This document shows, piece by piece, positions 1 to 10,241 of a DNA stretch of 64,000 bases; the first letter of the stretch is position 1; every line of letters starts with the position of its first letter. The DNA is from a virus. The stretch is taken from positions 1 to 64,000 of IMG/VR virus record IMGVR_UViG_3300049914_000251; one strand, 5' to 3'. The notes beneath the pieces are model-generated. The model was not told the DNA's origin and searched no databases. It worked only from the letters and a program-made list of their open reading frames with translations. The translations under genes and the position numbers were made by a program.

Positions 1-64
1 GGATTATGTACTGGATCGAAATCAGGAGTTCTCTTTATATTTATTACTGTAGTCTCCATCTTCT

Positions 65-445
65 TTACATTCCCACGGACTTATGCTTCTCACAGTTAAA
101 CGAAGCGTTGCCAGCTTCCCGGCAACCGCACTTTGGACAGCCCCCGGGATATTTTATCATATTCGGAAGACCATAACAGCAATCCTCTTCTTCTTTATAT
201 TCCCACGGAGGAACTATTCGAGGATCATTACCAGTTACCTTAGAATAATCTACTGCTAACAGAACAAGCATCAACCGCTCATCTCCAACTTCCACAGCTA
301 TAGAGGGAGGAGATGAAATCACCTCAACCGAAATCCCATTCCTTATAAGCAAACGCTGAAGCTTCATCATAGAACGAATCAGCTTCTGCTTTTCCCACTC
401 TTTATGCTCTGCTTCATGCTCATCCATTATAACACCCCTGAACAT
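65..445 (-). CDS. hypothetical protein with Cys-rich C-terminus
   Basis: ORF in the minus-strand operon; CPKCGC motif. Confidence 0.55.
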   Translation of the reverse strand: MFRGVIMDEHEAEHKEWEKQKLIRSMMKLQRLLIRNGISVEVISSPPSIAVEVGDERLMLVLLAVDYSKVTGNDPRIVPPWEYKEEEDCCYGLPNMIKYPGGCPKCGCREAGNASFNCEKHKSVGM

Positions 446-463
446 CCATGTTTTTCATAAAGT

Positions 464-1102
464 TTATTCCACCCGGTCCACAAGACCATACTCCATAGCC
501 TCTTCTGATGTAAAGTACACCGGAGTGTTGCTCAGTAATATATCTGCCCATGTAACCGGATCTCTGTACTTAGATTCGATGTCTTTAGCCGTACAGCGGG
601 TAGACAGCAAAGAAGCAAACAGTTCTTGAAAGAAATCCATTTGTTTCTTTTCGGCCTCCATATCACGAATATCACCATGAATACCCAAAGATACGCCGTG
701 GCACATTAAAATGTCCCCGACCCCCATGACACGCTCATCACAATACTGAAGAATAAAAAATGCCATAGACTGTGCTTGACCGTACACATGACCGATAACT
801 CTCACCCCCCGAGACTGCGCGAGTCTCACAGCACGCACGACACCCATGCCGTTGTACAGACTACCACCTTCACTTGAAATGTTAAATCGAATCTCTTTAG
901 CGCCAAACTCCACCAGACAAAGAATGTCCTGAATAACATCCTCAGCCTCTTCGCTAGTAATTTCATTATATAAGCCTACAATACCTTTTTGCCTCAGCTG
1001 CCTGCGAGATGTAACTACCATCGCAGCCTTAACCATCTCAGCAGCCGTCAGCTCGTCATGAGAATCAGTCTCAGATTGAATACCGCCATCAAATTTCTTC
1101 AT
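464..1102 (-). CDS. clpP: ClpP-family protease (paralog 1)
   Basis: ISSEGGS, GQAQSMA (catalytic Ser), MCHG (His), FTSEEAMEYGLVD; start moved to ATG 1102 behind a GGAGGAG SD. Confidence 0.85.
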   Translation of the reverse strand: MKKFDGGIQSETDSHDELTAAEMVKAAMVVTSRRQLRQKGIVGLYNEITSEEAEDVIQDILCLVEFGAKEIRFNISSEGGSLYNGMGVVRAVRLAQSRGVRVIGHVYGQAQSMAFFILQYCDERVMGVGDILMCHGVSLGIHGDIRDMEAEKKQMDFFQELFASLLSTRCTAKDIESKYRDPVTWADILLSNTPVYFTSEEAMEYGLVDRVE

Positions 1103-1317
1103 ATCAATCTCCTCACTCCATCTACTTTCTTGGAAAAATAAGTATTCCCACCCCCCGACCGAAAATACCTGCCGCCACACCCAGCCTAAACGATGCCGGA
1201 CTCCACACATCAAACTTCGGCCACAAATCGTCGATTTTCAGGAACATAAAAGTACCGAAACTTGTCACCCTATCTTTCCAGAAAAAACTTAAATGCCTCA
1301 TTACTTTATCCTTTCTA

Positions 1318-1602
1318 CTACCCCTTGACAACAGGTAATTCCCCTATCTCAATGTTGCGTTTAGCCAGTTCTTCTATCCAGAGTTTTTGCATTCCCTCAG
1401 AGCAATGAGCCATAGCATCTTTCCATGTTGGGAATCGATTATGGTCAGCATAAAAATGATACTGGTAATAGAAGCTCTGTTGATTATGCGGATAGGTAGG
1501 GTCGTGCTTGGTAGCACACTCCTCGCAAGTCCCAGGCTGCGCAGGCAAAAGATGAAACCCTGGTTTTGATAGGTCTAGGTCATTCGTTATTTCATTTGCC
1601 AT
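1318..1602 (-). CDS. hypothetical protein
   Basis: ORF with SD; CEECATKH motif. Confidence 0.6.
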   Translation of the reverse strand: MANEITNDLDLSKPGFHLLPAQPGTCEECATKHDPTYPHNQQSFYYQYHFYADHNRFPTWKDAMAHCSEGMQKLWIEELAKRNIEIGELPVVKG

Positions 1603-1652
1603 TTTAATCCCCCTTATTCTAGCCTCATCCCTGCTTTCAAGGAATAGTTACC

Positions 1653-2297
1653 TTACTTTATCCTTTCTGCTATCGTGGCTCCCTTCGGAGCCGTTAATTT
1701 ATATGTTATGTCCGCAAACTCCATAAATTCCGGCTGATGCGTCACCATAATCACCTGAATACCCAAACGCTTAGACAACATCTTCAGCAGCATACCCATC
1801 CTCGTAGTGTATTCATCGGACAGATGTGCTAGTGCCTCATCCAGAAATAGCACCTGATCAACCCTGCTACGCATGAATGACAGCATCACTATCTGAAGCA
1901 ATACACCCACCACAGCAGAGATACCGCCTCCACGAGAGTTCAATACATCGGCCTCTACCCCATGTCCGTCCAATAATATGAACTGAGCCGTTATCTGATC
2001 TGCCTTAGGAACCATCTTAATATAAAATACGAAAGGCTCCTGAAACACGGCCTTCAATCCCAGGCTCACTAAACGCTCTATTCTCTCCCGCAGAACGTCC
2101 TGCCTTTCCTCAGACATACTACGAAACAAAGCAGACACCTTGCGCAGTGTGATGTCAAGACTTTCAAGACCCATAAACTGAGTTTGCAATTCCTTACCGC
2201 GCTCAGCGATCTGCTTCGCTCGACCTAAATCCTGCTGGTACTTCGTGTACTCACGCTCCAGCTCGATATCCAAATCTTTAATCTTTAACTTATCCAT
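1653..2297 (-). CDS. SbcC/Rad50-like ATPase, C-terminal half
   Basis: Coiled coil, signature-like SRGGG, Walker B LFLDEA, H-loop VTHQ; no Walker A. Confidence 0.85.
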   Translation of the reverse strand: MDKLKIKDLDIELEREYTKYQQDLGRAKQIAERGKELQTQFMGLESLDITLRKVSALFRSMSEERQDVLRERIERLVSLGLKAVFQEPFVFYIKMVPKADQITAQFILLDGHGVEADVLNSRGGGISAVVGVLLQIVMLSFMRSRVDQVLFLDEALAHLSDEYTTRMGMLLKMLSKRLGIQVIMVTHQPEFMEFADITYKLTAPKGATIAERIK

Positions 2298-2606
2298 CTA
2301 ATGCTCCGACGGAGTAAAATGCTCATCACATGCTTGGCTAGGAAGCGCAAAAGGAGAAATTTTTATAGCATCCTCAGCAAACTGCTTATGCTCTTCTGCC
2401 GTTGCCACATAACCTTCTCTCAACAGCTCCTCCCCGCTCCTAATCCTCTCAGCGACAACATACCTTAAGGCACATGCAAATCTCTTAGATTGCAAGGACA
2501 GCGCCTCAAATTCTTCAGCATACACCGCAAGTTCACTTGCCGCACAGCTCTCAACATCCTGATCATCGAAGTCCAAAGGCCCCAGACCTGGAATATTTAT
2601 TCTCAT
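2298..2606 (-). CDS. hypothetical protein
   Basis: ORF with SD, abuts next gene (TAG-ATG). Confidence 0.55.
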   Translation of the reverse strand: MRINIPGLGPLDFDDQDVESCAASELAVYAEEFEALSLQSKRFACALRYVVAERIRSGEELLREGYVATAEEHKQFAEDAIKISPFALPSQACDEHFTPSEH

Positions 2607-2618
2607 AACGCTACCTCT

Positions 2619-3020
2619 TTATTTCATAAATTTTTCAGGGAATAATCTCTTAACGGATTCGAACACGCCGCTGACTGTTTCCTTAGGAACCACCTCTCCC
2701 AGAGTAATAGTACCTACGAGTGTCTGCCAATCAATCTCCTCGCCCTTCTTCGGATCTCTTCCAAGAAGTGCCTTCGCCCAGATGTACAGCTTGCACTTCG
2801 GTATCAAAGGCTCATACTGCGTACACATTCCCTTAACAATGCGTCCGGCGTTCTCGCCCTCACAAATCTTGAACGCAAATATGAGAACGTTACCATAATC
2901 CTTTTTATCAGGGATCACCCCGGTCAATTCAACTTTAAATAGACCTTGCACAGTCGGTTGCTTAGTTCCTACAGTGCTTTTAGGATTGCTACTTTCCTTT
3001 TTGTCCATCTTTGCCTCCAT
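2619..3020 (-). CDS. hypothetical protein, possible OB-fold ssDNA-binding protein
   Basis: Beta-rich pattern (FKICEGENAGR...EIDWQTLVG) resembling phage DUF669/SSB-like proteins. Confidence 0.4.
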   Translation of the reverse strand: MEAKMDKKESSNPKSTVGTKQPTVQGLFKVELTGVIPDKKDYGNVLIFAFKICEGENAGRIVKGMCTQYEPLIPKCKLYIWAKALLGRDPKKGEEIDWQTLVGTITLGEVVPKETVSGVFESVKRLFPEKFMK

Positions 3021-4161
3021 CTTTCCCTTCAGTAATTCTTAACTGATTTAAAATAGCTATGAATCCAGGCTCCGTGAACAGAAGAGGCGTCTTGCGATTC
3101 TTCGTATCAGGACCCAGACTTATTTCCACTGTCGGTCCTGCTATCTGTTGCAGCGTCAACAGCATAAAATTCCAGTTCACACCAATCACCCGCTCGCCGT
3201 CATTCCACGTAAGATCCAGGTCCTGCGTAGCTTTATTGCCATACCTGTCCTTAGCAGCAAGAATCATTTTATTGTCACCTAATGTCATCACTACCAGATT
3301 GGTGTCCACATCAGCGGTCAGCCTTACCCGTTTAATACCGTCAATCAGCTGCTGCCGATCTACCGTGAACTTCTGATTAATCGCCGCGAGAGTCGGCGCT
3401 GTAAATACCTTCTCTATATCTGGAAACTCAGCCGTAGCTTTAGTAGCGATGAAAACATCCACGCCAAACTTGAACACGATATGATTATCCGTCTGAGCTA
3501 TGTAGACCTTCTCATCCTCTGTTATCTTCAAAAACCTTACCAGATCCTCAGTAGCCTGTATAGGTATCTGTATCTTACCGGCGAATGGCACCACCATCTG
3601 ATGCATCCTTATACCATCAGCTGCCTGCATCTTCCCATTAGCTATGCTAATCATAGACAATCCTGGCCTGTACGTGCCCATCGGAGCCGCTACCCGGGTG
3701 CGCTGAACCGCCTCTAGGAATACCTTCCTATCAATATTGGCATATTCCAACTTCTCAGCATCAGGAATATCCGGATAATCACTAGGATCCATGAGTTTCA
3801 GGTTCCACTTAGACCGAGCACAAGTAACCTCGACGTCTGTCGGAATAGCTCCCTTATCCCCAGCACGCCCGCCGGTAACCGTAAATGTCATCACATCGTC
3901 CTCTGCCGACCGGACTATTTCCAGTAAACGCTCTCCAGGAAACACTATCTTGGAATAAGCATCTCCCTTCATCTCTACCAGCGTAGTCTTAGCCACGATG
4001 CTTAACGCCAAATCAGTTGCGATGACCAGTACCGTATCCGGAGGAGTCAACTTGAAATAATAATTCTTTAAGATTGGCTTGCCATCCGTAGACGCCAGTG
4101 CCAACGCTGCCTTTTCTAATAAGCTCTGCGCTACATATTTTTTGATCTTGAATTCCATCAT
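2989..4161 (-). CDS. dnaN: DNA polymerase III beta sliding clamp
   Basis: KPILKNY, ATDLALSI, DYPDIP, AADGIRM, FPDIEKV; three-domain length of 390 aa. Confidence 0.92.
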   Translation of the reverse strand: MMEFKIKKYVAQSLLEKAALALASTDGKPILKNYYFKLTPPDTVLVIATDLALSIVAKTTLVEMKGDAYSKIVFPGERLLEIVRSAEDDVMTFTVTGGRAGDKGAIPTDVEVTCARSKWNLKLMDPSDYPDIPDAEKLEYANIDRKVFLEAVQRTRVAAPMGTYRPGLSMISIANGKMQAADGIRMHQMVVPFAGKIQIPIQATEDLVRFLKITEDEKVYIAQTDNHIVFKFGVDVFIATKATAEFPDIEKVFTAPTLAAINQKFTVDRQQLIDGIKRVRLTADVDTNLVVMTLGDNKMILAAKDRYGNKATQDLDLTWNDGERVIGVNWNFMLLTLQQIAGPTVEISLGPDTKNRKTPLLFTEPGFIAILNQLRITEGKDGGKDGQKGK

Positions 4162-4168
4162 TGCCTCC

Positions 4169-4423
4169 TTAACCTAACTGCTTCACCTGCTCCAGTATAC
4201 CCCTGACCTCAATCAGCTCTGCATCGAGCTGACTTTCAGTAGATGATACCAAAGCAGCAAGCTCCTCGACTGTTTTTACTCCAAATTCCTTTTCGACTTT
4301 CTGCATCTTCTCGGTCAACGCAGACTGACCGGCCGACTTTTCCGCCCCTGCTTTAACGAAAGCAGACTTGTATTTCTCCACTTCCTTTTTTAATGCTACA
4401 AACTCCTGAACTTTATCGCCCAT
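4169..4423 (-). CDS. hypothetical coiled-coil protein
   Basis: ORF with SD; helical composition. Confidence 0.6.
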   Translation of the reverse strand: MGDKVQEFVALKKEVEKYKSAFVKAGAEKSAGQSALTEKMQKVEKEFGVKTVEELAALVSSTESQLDAELIEVRGILEQVKQLG

Positions 4424-4444
4424 GCCAAACCTCCGTACTATATC

Positions 4445-5614
4445 TTATACCTTCGCAATATAATTCCACCCAGCACCTTTACCCGTCGTGGACAGAAACA
4501 CCTGGTACAAATCGTCGAACCACTTCTGATACTCCCATTTCACGTTGTCCATCAAAAATCTCTCACCATACTTACGTATAAGGTAAGGATCTAATTTCCC
4601 CACATCTCTGGCTGCTCTGACGAAATCATCTAGAACATCGCACCTAAACCCATTCCTACCATTCACGACGGTCTCCGGAAACACTCCGAAATTAGTTGTA
4701 ATAACTGGAGTACCACAAATCATGGCCTCTATGTGAGTCCCAGCAAAAGGCTCAAGATAAAAAGTGGGCACAAAAACCGCCTTTGCTTTCTTCATAATAT
4801 CAGTACGTTCCTTAGGCTCCACATACCCTATAAACTCACAGTGCTTAGGTAACTTATGCACATCTATTTCTGGATCCACCTGTCCGGCTAAAATTAACTT
4901 AGACCCCACAGCCGCTGTGGCCTTCACAGCCGTCCACACACCTTTCCGAATTATCATCCGCCCTATGTAGAAATAATAATCTTCCTTCTTATCGCAGAAT
5001 TCAAAATCTTTCGGATCGAAATAATTCGGTATCACCCGATCATAATAATTGCCGTTTGGCCCTGTGCCCTCTCTGGGATGTTCACTACCATAGGTATAGT
5101 TCATTATATAAGACGACTCGAAAGCCCTGAAATGTTTCTTATCAGGTTTAGCTGGATACGATCCCCTGTAGCCTATCCCAGGCTCACATGACAAATATAT
5201 CCCCACGGCGTCGTCGATTGGCTTATGATAAAACCCCTGCGCTAACAGAAGGAAATCTCCCGGCCTCTTACGTCTTGCTATCTCCTCTATGCAGGCACCA
5301 TAAAATTTCATGGTGGTCTCGGTACGCTTTGCGTTGAAATCATGCTTAAACTGCCTCTGCTTCCAGTCATACCCCAGTTCGAATCTATTATCTCCTTCTC
5401 CCCACTCCCGACGAACATCAGCCAGCGTATGCGTCTGAATAAACTCAGTACAGGAAACATCGCTGCCCTCACACCCGTAAATGAATACCTCATGCCCCAG
5501 AGACATCAGCATTTTGGTAAGTTTTACAATCTTCTGCGTAAAGGCGCATCCCATATACCGCTCTGTCACCGGAAGATGTACCAGTCCCGGATAGTGAAAT
5601 CTATACTTTTCCAT
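4445..5614 (-). CDS. GT-B glycosyltransferase (GT4-like)
   Basis: YIGRMIIRKG, EPFAGTHIEAMICGTPVI, ETVVNGRNGF. Confidence 0.92.
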   Translation of the reverse strand: MEKYRFHYPGLVHLPVTERYMGCAFTQKIVKLTKMLMSLGHEVFIYGCEGSDVSCTEFIQTHTLADVRREWGEGDNRFELGYDWKQRQFKHDFNAKRTETTMKFYGACIEEIARRKRPGDFLLLAQGFYHKPIDDAVGIYLSCEPGIGYRGSYPAKPDKKHFRAFESSYIMNYTYGSEHPREGTGPNGNYYDRVIPNYFDPKDFEFCDKKEDYYFYIGRMIIRKGVWTAVKATAAVGSKLILAGQVDPEIDVHKLPKHCEFIGYVEPKERTDIMKKAKAVFVPTFYLEPFAGTHIEAMICGTPVITTNFGVFPETVVNGRNGFRCDVLDDFVRAARDVGKLDPYLIRKYGERFLMDNVKWEYQKWFDDLYQVFLSTTGKGAGWNYIAKV

Positions 5615-8564
5615 AACCATCTCCTTTAAAGATTCCAAAATAAGCCTTGCCTGAACAGGCCCCTGCTACTACTTCGACTTTACCCTCTCCCTTAAGCCAC
5701 TCATTCAGATTAACCTCCGTCAACATCCACGGATGCCCCGGACACGGTAGCAAATCTACCCACTCAAACAGCCTTACCAGCCTACCAGCCGCCTTTGCCT
5801 TCCTTATAACTTCTTTTGGATCCCTCACATGCTGAAGCACATTATAAATCCAAACCTCATCCCATTCGGATTCGTTCATAACCTCAGCTGCAACACATTC
5901 ATACTCTACCCCAGCAGCCTTATACCTTTCACAAACCCATAAAGGAAACTTAATTGGATCTATCGCCTTGGCCTTCTTGTAATTAGCGCACTTCAGAAGT
6001 ATGGAAACAGGACCGGAACCTACATCAAGAACACTCTTACCATGCACGTCGTACCTGTACGGGGTCTTTTCGTTAGGAACCTTATCCAGCCCCATCTTGC
6101 CAGCATATACCAGCTGCTTCAGCTCCTCATTAAGACTGTTAATACACATCTCCTCCCACCACTTACTTTCCCACGCCTGAGCATCTTTCCACGCCCTGAA
6201 GGATCCATCCTTTGAACGTACCGACTCCCCAGCCTCGTTAAATGGATCATACTCATCTTTGGTCAGCACGCCTCTTACAGCCTTAGCTATACTAGATTGG
6301 GACGAGTCCACAAACTGCGGAGTTACCCTAGCAAAATAATTCTCCTTATGACCAAACCTGCCAGATGCCGCATACAAATGTACCACCCTCAGCTTCAACG
6401 AATTTGCTACATCCTCAGTCTCAAACAAATCGTTATAAGACTCCTTCTGAGTTCCACTACCACCTATAGGAACAGGAAGAGCCTCAACCTTATCTGGATA
6501 TCCTTCCACTAAACTGGTAGCAACTCCCGGTCCAGTCGCTCCCCACGGCATGTCCGAATTTTTTAACTCATTACTTGCATTTAAATATGCTGCATTGGCT
6601 ACGTAAGAATTCTGAACCGCGCCCACAAAGGCAGAATTCCACGGATTAGTATTTGGAAGATACTGCCCGCATATTAAAGCTTCCTTGTCACCCAAGTATC
6701 CGGTTATGTCCGCAAACGACAAAGTATCGCAATCAAAACAGAAACCTCCGTACCCCAGAAGGAGATTCCATGTATAATAATCTTTAGTATGACTCCTGAT
6801 GTAATGTGCATCTTTACCAACAAAGGCCGGTACGTCCAACCTCTTCAATTCACCCTTCTCCACATTCAACAAATCATAGTACCTACTATCCTTAAACGTC
6901 ACGCGTTCCATTTGCCATACCTTCACCTTATCGACCTTCTGTGTTTTTTGAGCCGTCCTCACAGCTAAATAATACTGATATGGAAACTCATCCCCTGTCA
7001 CGATAAAGTGCAAAATCTTAGGTTCACTGTCATGCACAAGAACATAATTGCACTTATTAACCCAACCAGTCTCAACTGTTTTATAGCCCGCTGATAGAAG
7101 ACGTGTCTTAGTAGGACCTGTGAAATCCTCCAAGAAAATTATAGGTACTCTTCCAACGAAGCTGCCAAGCCCTTCTACAACTTCAGCCTCAGCGCCCTCG
7201 ACATCTATCTTGAGCATATCAGGCTTTATACCGTTGCTAGATAAATACGCATCCAGCCTCATTGTCTTAATTGTCTCTGAAGAGCCGTCTGGATCTATCT
7301 TACCCTCATGCTCATGATGCCATGACACCATCCTATCGGGAAACATACTAGCCAAGCCCCGGTATTTACTGCCATAACCATACAGTACAGAAGCTCCATC
7401 TTTATCAGACGCTGCTGCGTTAATAGCCACTACATTGGTCAACTTATTCAGTTCTATGTTTTTCATCATGACAGGAAAGTTAATAGCGGATGGTTCAAAA
7501 GCATATACCTTACCAGTAGAACCGACTAACTTGGACGCTAGAACCGTAAAATACCCCACATGCGCGCCCACATCCACAAACACCTGACCCGTCTTCAAAT
7601 TCTTCTTCAAATACTCTGTAGTTCCCGGCTCATATACCTGATGACTCCGGATCTCAGGAGTTATCCAATGACCAGCTCTGAAAAAATACATCTTAGACCC
7701 ACCGGTCACATCGAGCAGCTCCAACTCAGACATCCTTCTCGCATCTGCTCTCGCATCTGCCGCATCCAAATCAATTACGCCAGTATGCAATCCACATACC
7801 TTACGTGCTAAACGAGCATACAGAGAATTTGATTTTGCTACCCATTCAGGAGTAATAGCCCTAAACTTATCCTTCCATGCAAAAGAGAACATATGAAGAA
7901 TATAGCAATCACGCGGAAGCTCAAAAGGAGACTCTTCATAAATACTGGCTGCTTCATAGCCAGTCAGTCCCCCAAGAAATCCGAAATTGACTCCCCTTAC
8001 CGTACCCGGCCACTCATGAGCAACCGTAGTAACTAGCACAGGGCCTGCTGCCGCAAAACGTATCTCCCACGGCTGCTTAAAAATATGCTCTGTAGTAGTC
8101 AGCAACTCTTTAATTGGAGGAGTTCCTTTCTTCCCCAAGAACATGCTGCTGCCGTGATCAAATTCTATCGTGCCCGGAGGAGCATCCATTGGAGTAACTA
8201 AATCATAATCTCCCAGAAGACCGGTCGCATCTTTCAACGAAAGAGTGTCGAGGTCACAAACAAAACCACCTTCCTCATAAAGAATCTTATAGGCGAAATA
8301 ATCCTTAAGATTAGAGGCCTTTGACCAGGCCGTATCCTTCTCAGTACCCGGCTTTGCAACCGTCCTATCCATCGACAAGAACCTGGGAACCTCAAGCATC
8401 TTGACCCGAACTAACTGCTTTACCAGATCAAAATGCAAACCGTCTGGTTTCTCAGAACACCAAAGATCAATTCCCTGCACCTTCTGAGTATTAGCTGCAC
8501 TTAAAACAGCAAGAGCATATGCGTAATTAAAACCGCCTCCCAGATAAATAAAGTGCATTCTCAT
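5601..8564 (-). CDS. multidomain enzyme: GT32-like DXD glycosyltransferase + FkbM methyltransferase + second GT32-like domain + class I SAM methyltransferase
   Basis: Two GT32-type repeats (KDY..Y.IL...GG...DLD/DCD; AAGP/ATGP); FkbM motifs VDVGAHVGY, FEP, LKIDVEGAE; C-terminal LDVGSG..NVLQHV. Confidence 0.85.
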   Translation of the reverse strand: MRMHFIYLGGGFNYAYALAVLSAANTQKVQGIDLWCSEKPDGLHFDLVKQLVRVKMLEVPRFLSMDRTVAKPGTEKDTAWSKASNLKDYFAYKILYEEGGFVCDLDTLSLKDATGLLGDYDLVTPMDAPPGTIEFDHGSSMFLGKKGTPPIKELLTTTEHIFKQPWEIRFAAAGPVLVTTVAHEWPGTVRGVNFGFLGGLTGYEAASIYEESPFELPRDCYILHMFSFAWKDKFRAITPEWVAKSNSLYARLARKVCGLHTGVIDLDAADARADARRMSELELLDVTGGSKMYFFRAGHWITPEIRSHQVYEPGTTEYLKKNLKTGQVFVDVGAHVGYFTVLASKLVGSTGKVYAFEPSAINFPVMMKNIELNKLTNVVAINAAASDKDGASVLYGYGSKYRGLASMFPDRMVSWHHEHEGKIDPDGSSETIKTMRLDAYLSSNGIKPDMLKIDVEGAEAEVVEGLGSFVGRVPIIFLEDFTGPTKTRLLSAGYKTVETGWVNKCNYVLVHDSEPKILHFIVTGDEFPYQYYLAVRTAQKTQKVDKVKVWQMERVTFKDSRYYDLLNVEKGELKRLDVPAFVGKDAHYIRSHTKDYYTWNLLLGYGGFCFDCDTLSFADITGYLGDKEALICGQYLPNTNPWNSAFVGAVQNSYVANAAYLNASNELKNSDMPWGATGPGVATSLVEGYPDKVEALPVPIGGSGTQKESYNDLFETEDVANSLKLRVVHLYAASGRFGHKENYFARVTPQFVDSSQSSIAKAVRGVLTKDEYDPFNEAGESVRSKDGSFRAWKDAQAWESKWWEEMCINSLNEELKQLVYAGKMGLDKVPNEKTPYRYDVHGKSVLDVGSGPVSILLKCANYKKAKAIDPIKFPLWVCERYKAAGVEYECVAAEVMNESEWDEVWIYNVLQHVRDPKEVIRKAKAAGRLVRLFEWVDLLPCPGHPWMLTEVNLNEWLKGEGKVEVVAGACSGKAYFGIFKGDGYGKV

Positions 8565-8574
8565 AACTACCTCC

Positions 8575-9615
8575 TCAGCTCTCTAAGAGAAAAATAGGTC
8601 TGAATCCATACCTGTCAACTGTAGGATGCCACGTATCCACTAATTTCATTCCCGTCTCTTCGGCTACTCTGGCTGCAAACTCGGCCTCCGTAAAATTAAA
8701 CAGCTTCGCCCTGTTAAATGTTCTCCAGCACTCTGCAGAAGTCAAAGGAGACTCGACAAACAACCTGCCGACCTTTCCTCTTACAAGTTTCAAAGAATCA
8801 AACGTCTGCTCTACACCTTTATGAGCCATATCCACATGAAGAACAGACAGCATTAAAACCACATCATAATAGCTATGTAAAAAATATTGCCATTCAGAAA
8901 CACCGCATTTTACCTTAAGATTCTTAATGGTTGCTAAATACCTTGTTATCGCAACCCTGTTCATATCCATATCGATAGCCGTAACATTATAACCCTTACC
9001 CGCTAATGCAAGAGAGAAATAACCCTCGCTACACCCCACATCCAAAACATCACACTGAGGACTTAAACGACTGAGAATATAATCTAAACGGTGCTGACTG
9101 TCCTTCCGCCAGACGCGAAAGTTCTTTACCCTTTCATCATCTACCGGATCATACACGATTGCATCAATGCCGAACACATGATTTATATTCCGAAGTGTCT
9201 GTGCTAATGGAAAATCCTTTGGCATTGGCGGCTTCCCAAAACGCACCAGTTTAACCTCAAGAATAGGATCGATCCCAAGATACCTCATAATAGCTATCCT
9301 GTGATTACCGTCATAAACGTGCACAAAACCAGCCGAGTCAAACCACACCGATACCGGACGACCTTGCTGGCTATAACCCTCACATTTAATTTTCTCATAC
9401 AAATCAAAAATATCCTTCTGATATTTCCTGACCTCCTCGATACTTTTACAATTATGCCACCACAGCCCTCGTTTAATAAATCCCATAGCTATGGCTACAT
9501 ACGGAGAGTTGCTGACATCCTGACCAGCATCATACATGCGCAACGTCGGATATATCCGACTAATTTGTACAGCCTCCGACAACAAACTCCTTCTAATGTG
9601 ATACGTCACTTCCAT
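8575..9615 (-). CDS. ParB/Srx-like domain fused to class I SAM methyltransferase
   Basis: LYEKIKCEGY...VYDGNHRIA (ParB-like); LDVGCSEGYFS, YDVVLMLSVLH; start moved to ATG 9615 behind SD. Confidence 0.8.
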   Translation of the reverse strand: MEVTYHIRRSLLSEAVQISRIYPTLRMYDAGQDVSNSPYVAIAMGFIKRGLWWHNCKSIEEVRKYQKDIFDLYEKIKCEGYSQQGRPVSVWFDSAGFVHVYDGNHRIAIMRYLGIDPILEVKLVRFGKPPMPKDFPLAQTLRNINHVFGIDAIVYDPVDDERVKNFRVWRKDSQHRLDYILSRLSPQCDVLDVGCSEGYFSLALAGKGYNVTAIDMDMNRVAITRYLATIKNLKVKCGVSEWQYFLHSYYDVVLMLSVLHVDMAHKGVEQTFDSLKLVRGKVGRLFVESPLTSAECWRTFNRAKLFNFTEAEFAARVAEETGMKLVDTWHPTVDRYGFRPIFLLES

Positions 9616-9781
9616 TATTGCTCCCTCCTGACTTCCATGTGCCCAGAACATCGTTATCGACGCACCATTCGAAAGCTCCACACGTCTTGCAAATCACAAC
9701 CTCAGCTCCATTAAAAACAGCTTTGACCGTGTTCTTACTGTCGCACTCACCGCACTTCATTTTGAAGGGCCTCCTCATCAT
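9593..9781 (-). CDS. small zinc-ribbon protein
   Basis: CGEC...CKTC. Confidence 0.55.
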   Translation of the reverse strand: MMRRPFKMKCGECDSKNTVKAVFNGAEVVICKTCGAFEWCVDNDVLGTWKSGGSNNGSDVSH

Positions 9782-10241
9782 GACGCAGCATTCTCTTCAA
9801 ATCATAATCCTGAAAAGTCTTGGTTCCAATTCCCTCTTCCTGCATGTGAACTGCCTTTAGACCGGCGTTAATTATCATTTTAACGCACATCATACACGGC
9901 TTATCATAAGTAGTACCTGTAGCATGTCGTACGCTGTAAATGTACATCTCACCGCCCACTACGCTCACGCCCGTCCGTGCTGCATTGATTATAGCGTTCT
10001 GCTCAGCGTGCACGCTCCGGCACAACTCGTACCGCTGCCCCGAGGGTATTCCCAACTTCTCCCTTAGACACGTGCCTCTTTCGGTACAATGCTCAGACCC
10101 TCTGGAAGACCCTACATATCCGGAGCTAACTTCCACACCATCCTTGATTATAACAGCTCCAATACTCCTGCGCAGACAGGTGCTCATCTCAGAGGAAACC
10201 TTCGCCCGATTCAAAAAATGTTCAAACTTACTTGGCCTCAT
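9747..10241 (-). CDS. dCMP deaminase family protein
   Basis: STCLRRSIGAVI, HAEQNAI, PCMMC zinc motifs. Confidence 0.92.
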   Translation of the reverse strand: MRPSKFEHFLNRAKVSSEMSTCLRRSIGAVIIKDGVEVSSGYVGSSRGSEHCTERGTCLREKLGIPSGQRYELCRSVHAEQNAIINAARTGVSVVGGEMYIYSVRHATGTTYDKPCMMCVKMIINAGLKAVHMQEEGIGTKTFQDYDLKRMLRHDEEALQNEVR

